From assembly GCA_963699755.1 (NCBI GenBank), contig CAVOVB010000007.1, forward strand, positions 256,001-320,000: a stretch of 64,000 nt of DNA, given 5' to 3'. The notes under the pieces are model-generated. The model searched no databases. It was not told the origin of the DNA and saw nothing but the letters and a program-made list of their open reading frames with translations. The first letter of the stretch is position 1, and each line of letters begins with the position of its first letter. Positions 39,770-50,215 of the stretch are shown in pieces. This DNA comes from an uncultured delta proteobacterium. GTDB taxonomy: Bacteria; Myxococcota_A; Polyangia; Polyangiales; Houyiibacteriaceae. The translations under genes were made by a program, and so were the position numbers.

Positions 39770-40234
39770 TTGGAAGAAGAAGCAAACGCAGAAGACAAAG
39801 AGCACCTGAGCGCGCTTTCGATCGGCCATTTCATCCTGGCGGGGGTCGCCCTTCTCGGAGGGATCCCGACCCTGATGTTCGGTGTCGCCGGCGCAAAGCT
39901 CATCGACGAGGTTGGCACCGATCTCTCGATGGCGATGGGCGAGGTTCCAGCACAAGCCATCACGGACGCTTTGGGCGCCAGCCCCGAGGCGATGACTCAG
40001 GACCTCAACAACCTGATCATCACCATGATCGTGGGAGGCCTCCTTATTGCGGTGGTCAGCGCCATCCACCTCACCGTCGTTGGGGTGCAGATTCGCAATC
40101 GACGCTGGTGGACGTTCTGCTACCTCACCGGCTGGGGCGAATGCCTCATGTTTCCGTTTGGGACGGTCCTAGGCATCTTCACGATTATCGTCCTGTCGCG
40201 CCCATCGGTGAAGCTGCTGTTTGGCGTTCATTGA
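39770..40234 (+). CDS. Hypothetical membrane protein
   Basis: TTG start after GAGGGAG. EHLSALSIGHF...FPFGTVLGIFTIIVLSRPSVK with 3-4 hydrophobic segments. Confidence 0.65.
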   Translation: MEEEANAEDKEHLSALSIGHFILAGVALLGGIPTLMFGVAGAKLIDEVGTDLSMAMGEVPAQAITDALGASPEAMTQDLNNLIITMIVGGLLIAVVSAIHLTVVGVQIRNRRWWTFCYLTGWGECLMFPFGTVLGIFTIIVLSRPSVKLLFGVH

Positions 40235-40246
40235 CCCTGCTGGCAA

Positions 40247-40275
40247 TTGACAAGGCACCTGCCCGGCCGTAGCCA
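40247..40275 (+). promoter_or_regulatory. Sigma-70-type promoter of bolA-grxD
   Basis: TTGACA-N17-TAGCCA, then a GGAGG RBS before ATG 40300. Confidence 0.6.
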
Positions 40276-40299
40276 CATGGGCTGAGTGGAGGCGCTGCG

Positions 40300-40554
40300 A
40301 TGCTTGAAGCCGAGGTCTTGGAGAAACGAATCCGTGAGGGGCTGGGCGAGGTCTCCCACTTGGTGCTCAAGGATCTGACCGGGACCAGAGACCATTGGGA
40401 GGCACTTGTCGTATCGACAGCGTTCGAGGGGAAATCCCCCATCGAACAGCACCAAATGGTGTATGCGGCCCTCGGCGATCTGATGAATGGGCCCGTTCAT
40501 GCACTTGCGCTCAAGACCTATTCGCCGGAGAATTGGGCCAATCTGAAGGGTTAA
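40300..40554 (+). CDS. BolA/IbaG family protein
   Basis: DHWEALVVSTAFEGK...HQMVY...VHALALKT. Confidence 0.92.
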   Translation: MLEAEVLEKRIREGLGEVSHLVLKDLTGTRDHWEALVVSTAFEGKSPIEQHQMVYAALGDLMNGPVHALALKTYSPENWANLKG

Positions 40555-40557
40555 ACG

Positions 40558-40878
40558 ATGGAAGATACGACTCGCGAGCGCATTCAAGGGCTCATCGACG
40601 ACAACGAAGTGGTCCTCTTCATGAAGGGCACGAAACATTTTCCGCAGTGCGGCTTCTCTGCGACCGTCGTCGAGGTCCTGCGCCGCTCCGGCTCGGAGTT
40701 CCAGGATGTGAACGTGCTCGAAGACCCCGCCATTCGGCAGGGAATCAAGGAGTTCACCAACTGGCCAACGATCCCGCAGCTTTACGTTCGCGGTAAGTTC
40801 GTTGGCGGATGTGATATCGTTAGGGACATGTACGAGAAGGGTGAACTCGACGCCGTGCTTTCTGCTAAAGAACGTTGA
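40558..40878 (+). CDS. grxD: Monothiol glutaredoxin
   Basis: LFMKG...PQCGFS, WPTIPQLY and GGCDI. Confidence 0.96.
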   Translation: MEDTTRERIQGLIDDNEVVLFMKGTKHFPQCGFSATVVEVLRRSGSEFQDVNVLEDPAIRQGIKEFTNWPTIPQLYVRGKFVGGCDIVRDMYEKGELDAVLSAKER

Positions 40879-40896
40879 GGGGTCAGCCACCCTCTT

Positions 40897-41943
40897 ATGG
40901 TGGAACTGCTAGGCGGAAAATACGAAGTTCTGGAGCTCGCGGGCGAAGGCGGGATGGCCAAGGTGTATCGCGGGCAAACGCACGGGGCTGCCGGCTTCAC
41001 GCGCCCGGTGGCCATCAAGCGCGTCCTGGCGCCGCTTAGTCAGAACCCGGAGTTCCTCAAGATGTTCGTGGAGGAGGCGCGGGTGGTCTCCGAGCTCGAT
41101 CACCCGAACATCGCGCAGATTCACGACTTCGATCGGGACCGCAACGGGGAGTACTACTTGGTTCTCGAGTGGGTTGAGGGTCTGACACTTTCCGATTGGC
41201 GGCGAGGCTATAGGGCACACGGGCACCACACGCCCTGGAGCCTGACCGCGGCCGTCGGCATCGAAGTCCTCCAAGCGCTGCACATGGCACATGTGAGACG
41301 GGACGCTGCGGGGCGGCCTGCCCCGGTCTTCCATCGCGACATCACGCCGCAGAACGTGATGCTGAGCAACTGCGGCGTGGTGAAGCTCACTGATTTTGGT
41401 CTCGCGCGCGCGATGGATCGGAGCTCGATCACCAAGCCCGGTTTCGTAAAGGGCAAGATCTCCTATCTGGCACCGGAGCTGACCTACGAAGCTGAACCAA
41501 GCGCACAAACCGACGTGTTCAGTGTGGGCGTCGTGCTCTGGGAAATTCTCGCCGGCGAAAAACTCTTCAAGGGTGAAGACCCTATCAAGGTCATCGGGAC
41601 GATTCGCGAATCGGAAACGCCTGACCTGGCGCTGATTCGCGACGACCTGCCCGAAGGCCTCCTCGAGATCCTCCACAAGGCGCTTCGGCGGAATCCGATC
41701 GAACGTTACGCATCGAGCCGGGACATGGCACGCGCGCTCGCCGCTCTTCTGCGCGAGAGCGACGAGGTCACCGACTCCCACGTGATCGCTCAGAGCGTCC
41801 GCTGGTCCGCCAGCCAGCTCGAGCGCGCGCAACCGAGCGAGCCACCGACGAAGCCCTTCGCTGCTCGGGATGCGCTGGCGCAAGCAGACTCAGCGGCAGA
41901 AACGCTTCTCGACACCAGTATCCCGCTCACCCGACGAAAGTAG
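40897..41943 (+). CDS. Hanks-type Ser/Thr protein kinase (soluble)
   Basis: GEGGMA, VAIK, HRDITPQN, DFG, YLAPE and DVFSVG. Confidence 0.93.
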   Translation: MVELLGGKYEVLELAGEGGMAKVYRGQTHGAAGFTRPVAIKRVLAPLSQNPEFLKMFVEEARVVSELDHPNIAQIHDFDRDRNGEYYLVLEWVEGLTLSDWRRGYRAHGHHTPWSLTAAVGIEVLQALHMAHVRRDAAGRPAPVFHRDITPQNVMLSNCGVVKLTDFGLARAMDRSSITKPGFVKGKISYLAPELTYEAEPSAQTDVFSVGVVLWEILAGEKLFKGEDPIKVIGTIRESETPDLALIRDDLPEGLLEILHKALRRNPIERYASSRDMARALAALLRESDEVTDSHVIAQSVRWSASQLERAQPSEPPTKPFAARDALAQADSAAETLLDTSIPLTRRK

Positions 41944-41946
41944 GGG

Positions 41947-42510
41947 CTACAAGAGGTCGAACCCCAAACCCGCCGCGACGGAAAGCGCTACGAAAGGCGG
42001 GGTCATGCCGATGACGGCGGCTATCATGTACTCGCGGAACGTCACGCCGGACATGGCCAGCGTGTAGTTCACGGGGGGGATCGCCCAGAGGAAGAGTCGG
42101 ATCACGATCATCGAACGAATCGGCTGCTGCTCGAGGCGGTCCAAAGGCTTTTGCAGAAATGGACGCTTGATGGTGAGGTTCTTGAGGGGCTGACCTCCGA
42201 TGGCGCGAACGATGACGAACGAAACGGCAACCGAGATCGTTGCTGCGATGATCGAGGCAACCGAACCCCAAAGCGGCCCATAGGCAAGTCCCGATACCAT
42301 CACGAAGACGAAGCCTGGGACATAGAGAAGCTGTCCTATACAGAAGACCGCAACGAAGACGGCGAAGCCCGCGATCCCCGCCGTGCGCATCGATTCGCGA
42401 ATCCCCTCGACGGTGAGCTGGTCGGTGAAACCAGTCGCCCGCCCAATAAGGTAGACGCCGATCAGAAACGCGGCCAAGAGCGCGAGACGAGCCCAGGTGT
42501 TGCTCACCAT
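41947..42510 (-). CDS. TVP38/TMEM64 (DedA/VTT) family membrane protein
   Basis: YVPGFVFVMVSGLAYG, IRLFL...NY and IGMTP. Confidence 0.85.
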   Translation of the reverse strand: MVSNTWARLALLAAFLIGVYLIGRATGFTDQLTVEGIRESMRTAGIAGFAVFVAVFCIGQLLYVPGFVFVMVSGLAYGPLWGSVASIIAATISVAVSFVIVRAIGGQPLKNLTIKRPFLQKPLDRLEQQPIRSMIVIRLFLWAIPPVNYTLAMSGVTFREYMIAAVIGMTPPFVALSVAAGLGFDLL

Positions 42511-42566
42511 CGCCAGTAAGACACAGCCCAGCCGGCAAGACCAGGGCGAAGCTCCGCAGGACGGCC

Positions 42567-44549
42567 TTACGGGGAGTCCAGGATCAGATCGAGTGGATCT
42601 CGAGTGACCCGGTTCGAACCATCGAGGGAATTGATATCGATCCGACTCAGGTCGACGCGAGGCGAAAAGATCTCGGCGTGAAACGAATCGACGATTCGCT
42701 GCGAATAGCTCTCCGCGGTCTCATCCTCTTGGAGCTCTGCTTCCCCACAGCCCCAGGCGGCGCCGGTGCGACCATACAAGCAGATGCGAGCACCATCGAT
42801 TCGGATGCGCAGCCCGTTGCTAGACTGCTCGAAACGTGGAGAGCGCATCACCGCCCTTGCTAGTCTCCGGTCGATTGCCGAGTCACTCGACTCGACTTCC
42901 ACGGGAAGCGCCCAGCCCAAGCGACGAAAGAGGCCCGGATCAGTCCCGAGGACCTCTTCGTAGAACGAAGTGCTTTCGCGCGGATCGGCGAGCGCCCGTC
43001 CAAAGACCGCGCGAACACGTTCCCGCAAGAGCGCATCTCCGGGTTGCAACTGGCGGAGCGCCCGCTCCGAGTGCTGCATCGCTCCGTCGTATTCACCCTG
43101 TGCCAAGGACACCTCGGCGAGCACGGCCTCATAGTATGGGGCCGCACCCTCTCGCCGGTCTTGGGCGCGCATTTCGTCGACCGCCGCCCTCACTACGCCC
43201 GGGCCGAGTGTACCGATCAGGTCCCCCAAGAGCCAAGCCGGCATCACGGCGCTCCGCGCCGTCCCGAGCGCAAACGTTCCGACCAGCCTCGCTTCGTCGT
43301 CGAGGAAGCGGGCCGCTTGCCGAGCGCTCATCCAGGCCTCGAAGCGGAGCCAGAGCGCCTTGCCCTGCGCCCAGCATCTCGCATAGAACGGCTTGGCCAC
43401 AGCCCGCTCCACGGTCATCTCCGCCAACATCAGACGCGCTTGCCGGTCGAGCAGCGCGACGATACTCCGATCCTGCTCCGGATCCCGGCTGTTGTGAGCG
43501 CGCCTGTCTGGAAGCACGGCAGCCTTGTCGGTGATGCGCAGCGCCTCATCCGGCCTTCCCATCAAGAGAAGAAACGCAGCCAGTGACCGACGGGCTTCGT
43601 TGCGATCCGAGTCGCGCACGTGCGCCGGCCGAGTGGCGCGATGACGCGGGACCTCCCTCAGGGCAGAAAGGGCTTCTGCAAAGCGCCCTGCCCTCATGTA
43701 GAGATCGGCCAACTCGAGCCAGGGGTTCCCGTACCAAGAGAGCCCGCCCGTCGATGCGTCCATCAGGAGGCGTTCCGCTTCATCGAAGCGAAACACCGAC
43801 CTGGCCGCTTCGGCGTAGTTCCCGAGGTCGACCGCCGTAGCACTGCCGAAGTGGGTGCGACCGTACTCGACCGCGTCGGCACAAACCCGGTAACTCTTCT
43901 CATCGTCTCCAGCTTCATACTCGATCGCGCAAAGAGCGTTCTTTGCGCGCTCGATCTGATACGGATCCCCCGTCGCCAAGCCCTCTTCGGCAGCGAGCCT
44001 CGCTTTTTCAAACTCCCGCTTCTTCATCAGCGGCCAGGCGAGCTCGGCCTTGAGCTGCGGCGTATAGAGCTCATTGTACCTGTACATGAAGCCGAGCTGC
44101 TCGTCGTAGTGTTCGAGATCGCCGTGCGCGCGGGTCAGTCCAATCAAGATTCTCGCATGCCATCGCCAAGGTTGACTCTGTGTGGGCTCCACGCCTTCGG
44201 CCGCCTCGAAGAGATCGAGTGCGCGGGTTTCGTGAAACAGCGCCTTCGGGAAATTCGCCTCGCCGTAGTGTTGCGCCATGCCAAGAACGAGGTGGGCAAC
44301 ATAGGAGCTCGGATGCTCCAATAGATACTTCTCGGCTTCTTCGCGGGCTCTCACATAGCGTTCGCGTTCGACGAGCTCCCAGAGAGCCAGTTCTTCGGCT
44401 TCGGCTTCTTCGCCTTCGAGAAGTAGCGGCGCCATCATGTCGTCCGCGGCAGCCCGGGGGAGCCGACCCAGGGCCAAGCAAAGGGCACTGAGCGACGCTG
44501 CGAGCAGCACCCAACTGACGCGAGTTGATGCAAGGCCGCGCATCGTCAC
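42567..44549 (-). CDS. Exported TPR-like repeat protein
   Basis: Signal-peptide-like N-terminus and helical repeats. GTG 44549 overlaps the MoxR stop; alternative start ATG 44543. Confidence 0.7.
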   Translation of the reverse strand: MTMRGLASTRVSWVLLAASLSALCLALGRLPRAAADDMMAPLLLEGEEAEAEELALWELVERERYVRAREEAEKYLLEHPSSYVAHLVLGMAQHYGEANFPKALFHETRALDLFEAAEGVEPTQSQPWRWHARILIGLTRAHGDLEHYDEQLGFMYRYNELYTPQLKAELAWPLMKKREFEKARLAAEEGLATGDPYQIERAKNALCAIEYEAGDDEKSYRVCADAVEYGRTHFGSATAVDLGNYAEAARSVFRFDEAERLLMDASTGGLSWYGNPWLELADLYMRAGRFAEALSALREVPRHRATRPAHVRDSDRNEARRSLAAFLLLMGRPDEALRITDKAAVLPDRRAHNSRDPEQDRSIVALLDRQARLMLAEMTVERAVAKPFYARCWAQGKALWLRFEAWMSARQAARFLDDEARLVGTFALGTARSAVMPAWLLGDLIGTLGPGVVRAAVDEMRAQDRREGAAPYYEAVLAEVSLAQGEYDGAMQHSERALRQLQPGDALLRERVRAVFGRALADPRESTSFYEEVLGTDPGLFRRLGWALPVEVESSDSAIDRRLARAVMRSPRFEQSSNGLRIRIDGARICLYGRTGAAWGCGEAELQEDETAESYSQRIVDSFHAEIFSPRVDLSRIDINSLDGSNRVTRDPLDLILDSP

Positions 44550-45559
44550 CCGCGGCGCAGGCTCGCCCGCGCCAGCTTTTCGATTTCGACGGCCGTGGCC
44601 TCTTCGATCAGCGCGTCCACATCTTCGACGCCTGGCGCGCACTCGAGTCGGTGTTTGAACACGTACGGAGCCAGCACCGCGATATCTTCTGGGGACACGA
44701 AGTCCCGCCCGTGGATGACGGCTCGGGCCTGAAGAGCGGGCAGCATCAAGACAAGGGCACGGGTAGATGCCCCTTGGAGCACACGGGAATCGCTTCGAAG
44801 AAGGCGTGCTAAGTCGACCAAGGCTTCCTTCACGACTGGGGCCACGTGCACGGCGGCTCGAGTCTGGCGACGCGCCGCTAGAATCTCCGTGCGGGTCACG
44901 CCGGGGTAGTCGCGGGCCACTTCGAGGCTCGCGCGCGGATACTGGTTCAGCACCTCGAGCTCGGACGCACGATCGATGTGCTTCATCTCTATCTTGAAGA
45001 GGAAGCGGTCGAGCTGTGGCGTTGGAAGTGGATAGGTGCCCGCCAGGTCGAGCGGGTTCTGCGTTGCGATGACGAAGAAGAGATCGTCCAGCAAGTAGGA
45101 CTGGTTGTCGACCGTGACTTGTTTCTCGGCCATGGCTTCGAGCATCGCCGCTTGCACCTTGGGTGAGGTGCGGTTGATCTCGTCCGCAAGGACGATGTGT
45201 GCAAAGACCGGGCCTCGTCGAAACGCGAAGTGGCCGGTCTCCACATCGAAGATGTTGGTACCGGTGATGTCACTCGGAAGCAGGTCGGGGGTGAACTGGA
45301 TGCGGCGGAACGCGGCGATCCCAGCCGCACCGTCTCCTTCTTCGAGCGCATTGCCGAGCGCGCGAGCGAGCGTCGTCTTACCTGAACCCGGGTAGTCTTC
45401 GAGAAGCACGTGGCCGTCGGAGAGCAAGGCGACGAGCACGAGCTCGACGACCTCGTCCCGACCTCGAACCGCGGCCCTCAAGCGGGCGCCCAAGCGCTCC
45501 GCAACCTCGCGGGCGCCCCTGAGGCTGTCTTCGATAGGTGTGTGAATCGCTTGCTGCAT
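44546..45559 (-). CDS. MoxR-family AAA+ ATPase
   Basis: HVLLEDYPGSGKT, RIQFTPDLLPSD, LADEINR and ATQNP...GTYPLP...LDRF. Confidence 0.95.
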   Translation of the reverse strand: MQQAIHTPIEDSLRGAREVAERLGARLRAAVRGRDEVVELVLVALLSDGHVLLEDYPGSGKTTLARALGNALEEGDGAAGIAAFRRIQFTPDLLPSDITGTNIFDVETGHFAFRRGPVFAHIVLADEINRTSPKVQAAMLEAMAEKQVTVDNQSYLLDDLFFVIATQNPLDLAGTYPLPTPQLDRFLFKIEMKHIDRASELEVLNQYPRASLEVARDYPGVTRTEILAARRQTRAAVHVAPVVKEALVDLARLLRSDSRVLQGASTRALVLMLPALQARAVIHGRDFVSPEDIAVLAPYVFKHRLECAPGVEDVDALIEEATAVEIEKLARASLRRG

Positions 45560-45592
45560 CTCAGCTCCGGGCTCTCGGTCGGAAGGATGGCA

Positions 45593-47770
45593 TCATTTCG
45601 ACCGCAACCAAGACCAGGGCGTAATCAGCCCCAAAAACCGCTTCCAAAGCGGGAATCCGCTGCGAATGTCGCGCCGGACCTTGGCGGCCTCGTCGCGCAG
45701 TCCGCTCGGATCGGGCTCCCGCGCCCCGAATGCCGAAGCAAGATGGGCCTCGGTCAAAGGCTCGAATGACGGGAAACGACTGCGAACGCGCTGTGCGAAC
45801 GCCTCTCGCGACTCGCCTGAATACCGTCGTACCGCGAGCTCGCCCATCCGATCGAGCTCTGCTCGGTACACCACCCTCGGCAGCGCGGCGGCTGGAGCCC
45901 AGGTCGGAGCAAGCCGGCGCCAGAGCTTCACCAAATAGAGCGCGAGCAAGACCCAGGCGAGGAGCGCCAAGACCGAGGTTCCGAACGTGACGGAGATTCG
46001 GCGGGCAAGCTCTTTGAGCTTGGGCAGGTCGGTGGCAGAAAGTGGGAGCGGAGATGCGCCTCTGGCGAGCTCTCCGAGCAGCCGCTGCAAATCGGCATCC
46101 ATGGGCTGCTCGGGAGGGTCGAGTGCGCGCTCCGGGTACACGTCCAAGACGACCCAGCCAAAGCCATCGATGAACACCTCGGGCCAAGCGTGTGACGCTG
46201 CCCCAGAAAGCAACAGCGAAGACCCACCTTGACGCGCCGATTCGCTCACCGCGTATCCGGTGGCCACGCGGGCCGGCACGCCGAGGCTTCGCATCAAGTA
46301 CGTCGCTGCGTGAGAGAAATGGACGCAGTACCCGGTTCGATCACCGAAGAGGAAGCTTGCGGTGGGGTCCTCGGCGCTGCTGTGCTGGTTCTTGAGGCTG
46401 TAGATCCCTTCGCGCCCGAGCCAGCCCGTCACGGCAAAAGCCTTGGCGATTGGGTTGTTCGCAAGCCTGTCCGGGAGCTCCGCCGTGAGCTCCGCTGCAA
46501 GCTCGGCGTACCGCGGATCGGACGGGGTCTCGGTGTAGTGAGCCCACTGTTCTTTGGACCAATTGGGCGAGCCCGGGCGGGCGTCGAGCATCGACGTGTA
46601 GTCCGCGGTGAGCACTGCGGACATCGCACGGTACACGCGACGGAATCGATTTGGCGATGGGTTTTGCATCGGCTCGACCTCCATCGGGGCCTCGAGTGCG
46701 AATGGCTGACGATGGTCGGCCATGAGCGCAATCGTGGTTTCGAGTGGACCGCGATTCTCGTTGATCTCAGGCGCGCTTTCGATACTAGTGAGGCGCGCCG
46801 GGAAGTAGGGGATCAGATCGTCGTCCACATCCGGTCGACCCGATACCACCAACTTCCGACCGTTGTACTGACTGAACGCGCCCTGCCGGAAGTAGTAGAC
46901 GCCGCTTGGTGGGGAGTAGTCATCGTGGAAAAGCACGACCGCAACCGGAACGCGGGCTCCTCCCGGGTTGTACTTGTCGCGAAACTCGAGCTCGCTGGCG
47001 GAAGCCCCGCCGCGCTCTTGCTGTCGACCTTTTCCTTCTTTGGCTTCCGACTGCTCGGGACGCAGTCCGAGCCCACCTCCGCCGTCGGGCGGAGGTGGCA
47101 TTCCTACCAGCGGCGTCGCCACCACGATCAGCGCGAGCAACATGCCGATGACGCCGAGATTGAGAACAGCGCGCCCGAAGCGCTGCTCCCGAAGCAAAAG
47201 CACCAGGCCGAAGACCGTGGCCGTTCCCCCCATGAAGAGGAAGAGCCAGGTCGGATCCCAGCCGAGCGCGATGATCCAGTCGGCCAAGTAGAACGGGCGG
47301 TTGATTGCACCGTGCCGGTGAGGAATGAACAGCTGCCCAAAGGCGACGGCTACGAGAAGCAGCTCGAAAACCGAGAAAATCGCCCTACGTGTCGAGCCCG
47401 CTCGCATCGCCGCGCTGCTGATCGCGGCCACCAACAGTGCGGTGAACATGCCCGCCAAGCGCAAGGCTCCGACCGGACCGAGCGATGCGGCCAACAAAGA
47501 ACCATGGGTCAGCGAAGCTCGAAGCCAGGCAACCAGGGCGATCAGCACCAGCGCGCCTGCGAAGATCACCGACGTGCGGACGCGTGACTGGCCGAGCTGG
47601 GAGCCGACGAGGCAGCCACCAAAGCCTCCCGCAAACGCCACGAGCACCGAGCCCGAAGGAGCCATCGTCGCAACCAAGACCCCCCAGGCCAGGCCGTGAA
47701 TCATGGCTCGGCCGAGCTCGGCGAGCACCACCGCAACGCCGTTGCGTTGAGATCGTGCGTGTCCGGTCAT
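45593..47770 (-). CDS. Membrane transglutaminase-like protein (TgpA type)
   Basis: N-terminal multi-TM region and the triad GYCVHF / HAWPEV / WVVLD. ATGA overlap with DUF58. Confidence 0.88.
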   Translation of the reverse strand: MTGHARSQRNGVAVVLAELGRAMIHGLAWGVLVATMAPSGSVLVAFAGGFGGCLVGSQLGQSRVRTSVIFAGALVLIALVAWLRASLTHGSLLAASLGPVGALRLAGMFTALLVAAISSAAMRAGSTRRAIFSVFELLLVAVAFGQLFIPHRHGAINRPFYLADWIIALGWDPTWLFLFMGGTATVFGLVLLLREQRFGRAVLNLGVIGMLLALIVVATPLVGMPPPPDGGGGLGLRPEQSEAKEGKGRQQERGGASASELEFRDKYNPGGARVPVAVVLFHDDYSPPSGVYYFRQGAFSQYNGRKLVVSGRPDVDDDLIPYFPARLTSIESAPEINENRGPLETTIALMADHRQPFALEAPMEVEPMQNPSPNRFRRVYRAMSAVLTADYTSMLDARPGSPNWSKEQWAHYTETPSDPRYAELAAELTAELPDRLANNPIAKAFAVTGWLGREGIYSLKNQHSSAEDPTASFLFGDRTGYCVHFSHAATYLMRSLGVPARVATGYAVSESARQGGSSLLLSGAASHAWPEVFIDGFGWVVLDVYPERALDPPEQPMDADLQRLLGELARGASPLPLSATDLPKLKELARRISVTFGTSVLALLAWVLLALYLVKLWRRLAPTWAPAAALPRVVYRAELDRMGELAVRRYSGESREAFAQRVRSRFPSFEPLTEAHLASAFGAREPDPSGLRDEAAKVRRDIRSGFPLWKRFLGLITPWSWLRSK

Positions 47771-49089
47771 GCGGCGTTTCTCCATGGCGAGCTGAGATGT
47801 GCCCCGTCGCCGAGGAGCCGACCACTGACGCGATCGACGACCACGACTTCGCAACGAAGCTTGCCGAGCGCCCTTCCGACCCGTTCGAGATCGGCTCGGT
47901 CGACGCCCGAAACCGGAGTCGGTTTGAGCAAGAAGCGACGCCACCGCGGCCGATGGTCGGGGTCGTGAACGGCGTCGACCGCAATGACCACGCGAACGCG
48001 GCCGTAACGCCGCGTCGTCAGCGCACGCATTTCATCGAGCCAGCCGCCCATCGTCGGGGGCGCGAACAGGACGAGCGCCGCCGGGCCACGGGGATCGACC
48101 TCCGCCAAGAAGCGCTTCAGCCCGCTACCGCTCTCCCCCGTATGTCGCGAGGACGCCAGCACCTTGTGGAGCGCTTCGGAAGGATCGGAGGTAGCCTCGG
48201 GAGAGCCGTCGGCACCAAACTGCCAGTCGTTGCCGAGCGCCTCTTCTTCGATCGCCGCTCGCGCGGCCGCGGCGGCTGCTTCGTCGTGTGCACCCGCGAC
48301 GAGATAGGCCACAGTCCTGCGAGCGCGGCTCAAGGCCCGCTCCGGCACCCTGACCATCAGCTTCCGGGTGCGGCCGAAGACCTTCCAGTGAATGAAGCGT
48401 GCCGAATCGCCGGGAACGTATCTCCGGAGCTCGACCCGGTCACCGTCCTCGAGCCCCATCGGATGGGGGAGCTCCTCGCCGCCGGTCAGAGAGGTGAGGA
48501 CCGGCAGTCGCCGCATCCCGCCGAGGTGCGGAAGCACCTCGATCGGTCCCGGTTGGCGATGGCGAAAGACGACGCGCGCCAGACCAAAGGCATCCTGAAC
48601 CACCAAGCGGCGGGTCACTGACGGGTAGATTCCCCGTCGGCGGAGGGCTATCTGCTCCCGGAGCCGCCCACTTCCCGTCTGAGGCTCGGCGAGCACTGCA
48701 TCGGGCGAGTCCCAGGACCAGCGCAGCTGCACCATGGGCAGCCACCACAGGGACGGCAGTGAGAACCCCGTTGCCAGGGGAAGTCCGGTCTCGAAGGTCG
48801 TCATCCGCCAGCTGAACGACGCGCGCCGGAGCCACAGCCGGAGCCCGACCGCGCTCGACACGACTAGGAAGGTCGAAATCAGAAGAAGCCCCGCTCCTCC
48901 ATAGCCGAGCACCAAGAGGACCAGATCGAGCTTCTTGAAGCCAAAGCCAAACAAGGCCACGGACGCGACCAGGGCGAGCGCGACTCCGACCCAGGTGAGG
49001 GGCCAGAAATCGACGACTTTGCCAGCGATCGTTCGAGCACGTCCGAGCAGAGACGCTTTGGACGGAAAATCTGCCTGCCTTTCGCTCAT
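47767..49089 (-). CDS. DUF58 domain protein
   Basis: RRGIY, DAFGL and LRRYVPGDSARFIHWK...LMVR. Confidence 0.9.
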   Translation of the reverse strand: MSERQADFPSKASLLGRARTIAGKVVDFWPLTWVGVALALVASVALFGFGFKKLDLVLLVLGYGGAGLLLISTFLVVSSAVGLRLWLRRASFSWRMTTFETGLPLATGFSLPSLWWLPMVQLRWSWDSPDAVLAEPQTGSGRLREQIALRRRGIYPSVTRRLVVQDAFGLARVVFRHRQPGPIEVLPHLGGMRRLPVLTSLTGGEELPHPMGLEDGDRVELRRYVPGDSARFIHWKVFGRTRKLMVRVPERALSRARRTVAYLVAGAHDEAAAAAARAAIEEEALGNDWQFGADGSPEATSDPSEALHKVLASSRHTGESGSGLKRFLAEVDPRGPAALVLFAPPTMGGWLDEMRALTTRRYGRVRVVIAVDAVHDPDHRPRWRRFLLKPTPVSGVDRADLERVGRALGKLRCEVVVVDRVSGRLLGDGAHLSSPWRNAA

Positions 49090-49173
49090 GAGCGCGATCG
49101 TGCCACGGGAGTCTGCAAGCTCAACTATCGGAATAAGGCGTAGGCGTGGGGGGTTGTGGGTCCCTGAGGTGTC

Positions 49174-49201
49174 TTGACAGGCTTAGAGCCGGGGCTAACC
49201 T
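49174..49201 (+). promoter_or_regulatory. Sigma-70-type promoter of the ABC operon
   Basis: TTGACA-N16-TAACCT upstream of RBS GAGGGAG and ATG 49247. Confidence 0.55.
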
Positions 49202-49246
49202 CCGCCAGCCCTGAAAAAAGCAACGGAATCACGCGCGAGGGAGTTT

Positions 49247-50215
49247 ATGAGCGATGTGATGATCGATGCGCGGGAGTTGACCAAGCAATACGGTACGGTC
49301 ACCGCGCTAGAGAACGCCAGTTTTCAAGTGAACCGCGGAGAGGTCGTCGGTTTCCTCGGGCCCAATGGCGCCGGGAAGACCACCACGATGAAGATCCTCA
49401 CCTGCTTCATCGCGCCTTCCGGAGGGACCGCCCAGGTCGGCGGCGCCGACATCTTCGAGGACCCGATCGCGGTCCGCGAGCTGATCGGCTATCTGCCGGA
49501 GAGCACCCCACTCTACACCGAGATGCTGGTGCTCGAGTATCTGGAGTTCGTCGGCAAGATGCGCGGGCTGCGGGGCGCCGGCCTACAGGCGAGGCTCCGC
49601 CGGGTCGTCGAGGAAACCAGCCTGGGCGAGGTCATCGGCAAGGGCATCGGCGAGCTCTCGAAGGGCTTTCGCCAGCGTGTGGGCCTCGCGCAGGCGTTGA
49701 TCCACGAGCCTCCAGTTCTGATCCTCGATGAACCGATGAGCGGCCTCGACCCGAACCAGGCCTCCGAGATCCGCGAGCTGATCCGAGAGATCGGCCGGGA
49801 GCGCACCATCATTTTGTCGACGCACAACCTCTCGGAGGTCCGTGTGACCTGCGGACGAGTGCTGATCATTTCGCAAGGTCGGCTCGTGGCGGACGATACC
49901 CCCGAAGAGCTCGCTGCGCGTGCCGGGAGGCCTCGATTCGTCGCGACCCTCAAGCAGAACGGTGAGAGCTCCGGCGTCATCCGGGAGGCCTTCGCCGTCA
50001 TAGGCGACGCGCAGAGCGTGAACGAGCTGGCGGGCGCGGCGCCTGGTGAGCTGCTGGTCGAAGTCGTGCCCAAGGGCAACCAAGACCTGCGCGCCCAAAT
50101 CTTCGAGGCGGCAGTCGCTGCCAAGCTCGTGCTCCTCGGCCTCGAGCAGCGCGGCGGAAACCTCGAAGACATCTTTCGACAGCTCACCACGGGTGACGAA
50201 GGAGCTGCATCATGA
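49247..50215 (+). CDS. ABC transporter ATP-binding protein (GldA-like)
   Basis: GPNGAGKTT, LSKGFRQRVGLAQAL, ILDEP and STH. Confidence 0.93.
   Translation: MSDVMIDARELTKQYGTVTALENASFQVNRGEVVGFLGPNGAGKTTTMKILTCFIAPSGGTAQVGGADIFEDPIAVRELIGYLPESTPLYTEMLVLEYLEFVGKMRGLRGAGLQARLRRVVEETSLGEVIGKGIGELSKGFRQRVGLAQALIHEPPVLILDEPMSGLDPNQASEIRELIREIGRERTIILSTHNLSEVRVTCGRVLIISQGRLVADDTPEELAARAGRPRFVATLKQNGESSGVIREAFAVIGDAQSVNELAGAAPGELLVEVVPKGNQDLRAQIFEAAVAAKLVLLGLEQRGGNLEDIFRQLTTGDEGAAS

Noticed and set aside
46229..48621. Long + strand ORFs opposite the transglutaminase and DUF58 genes
   Set aside because: Shadow ORFs with no motifs.
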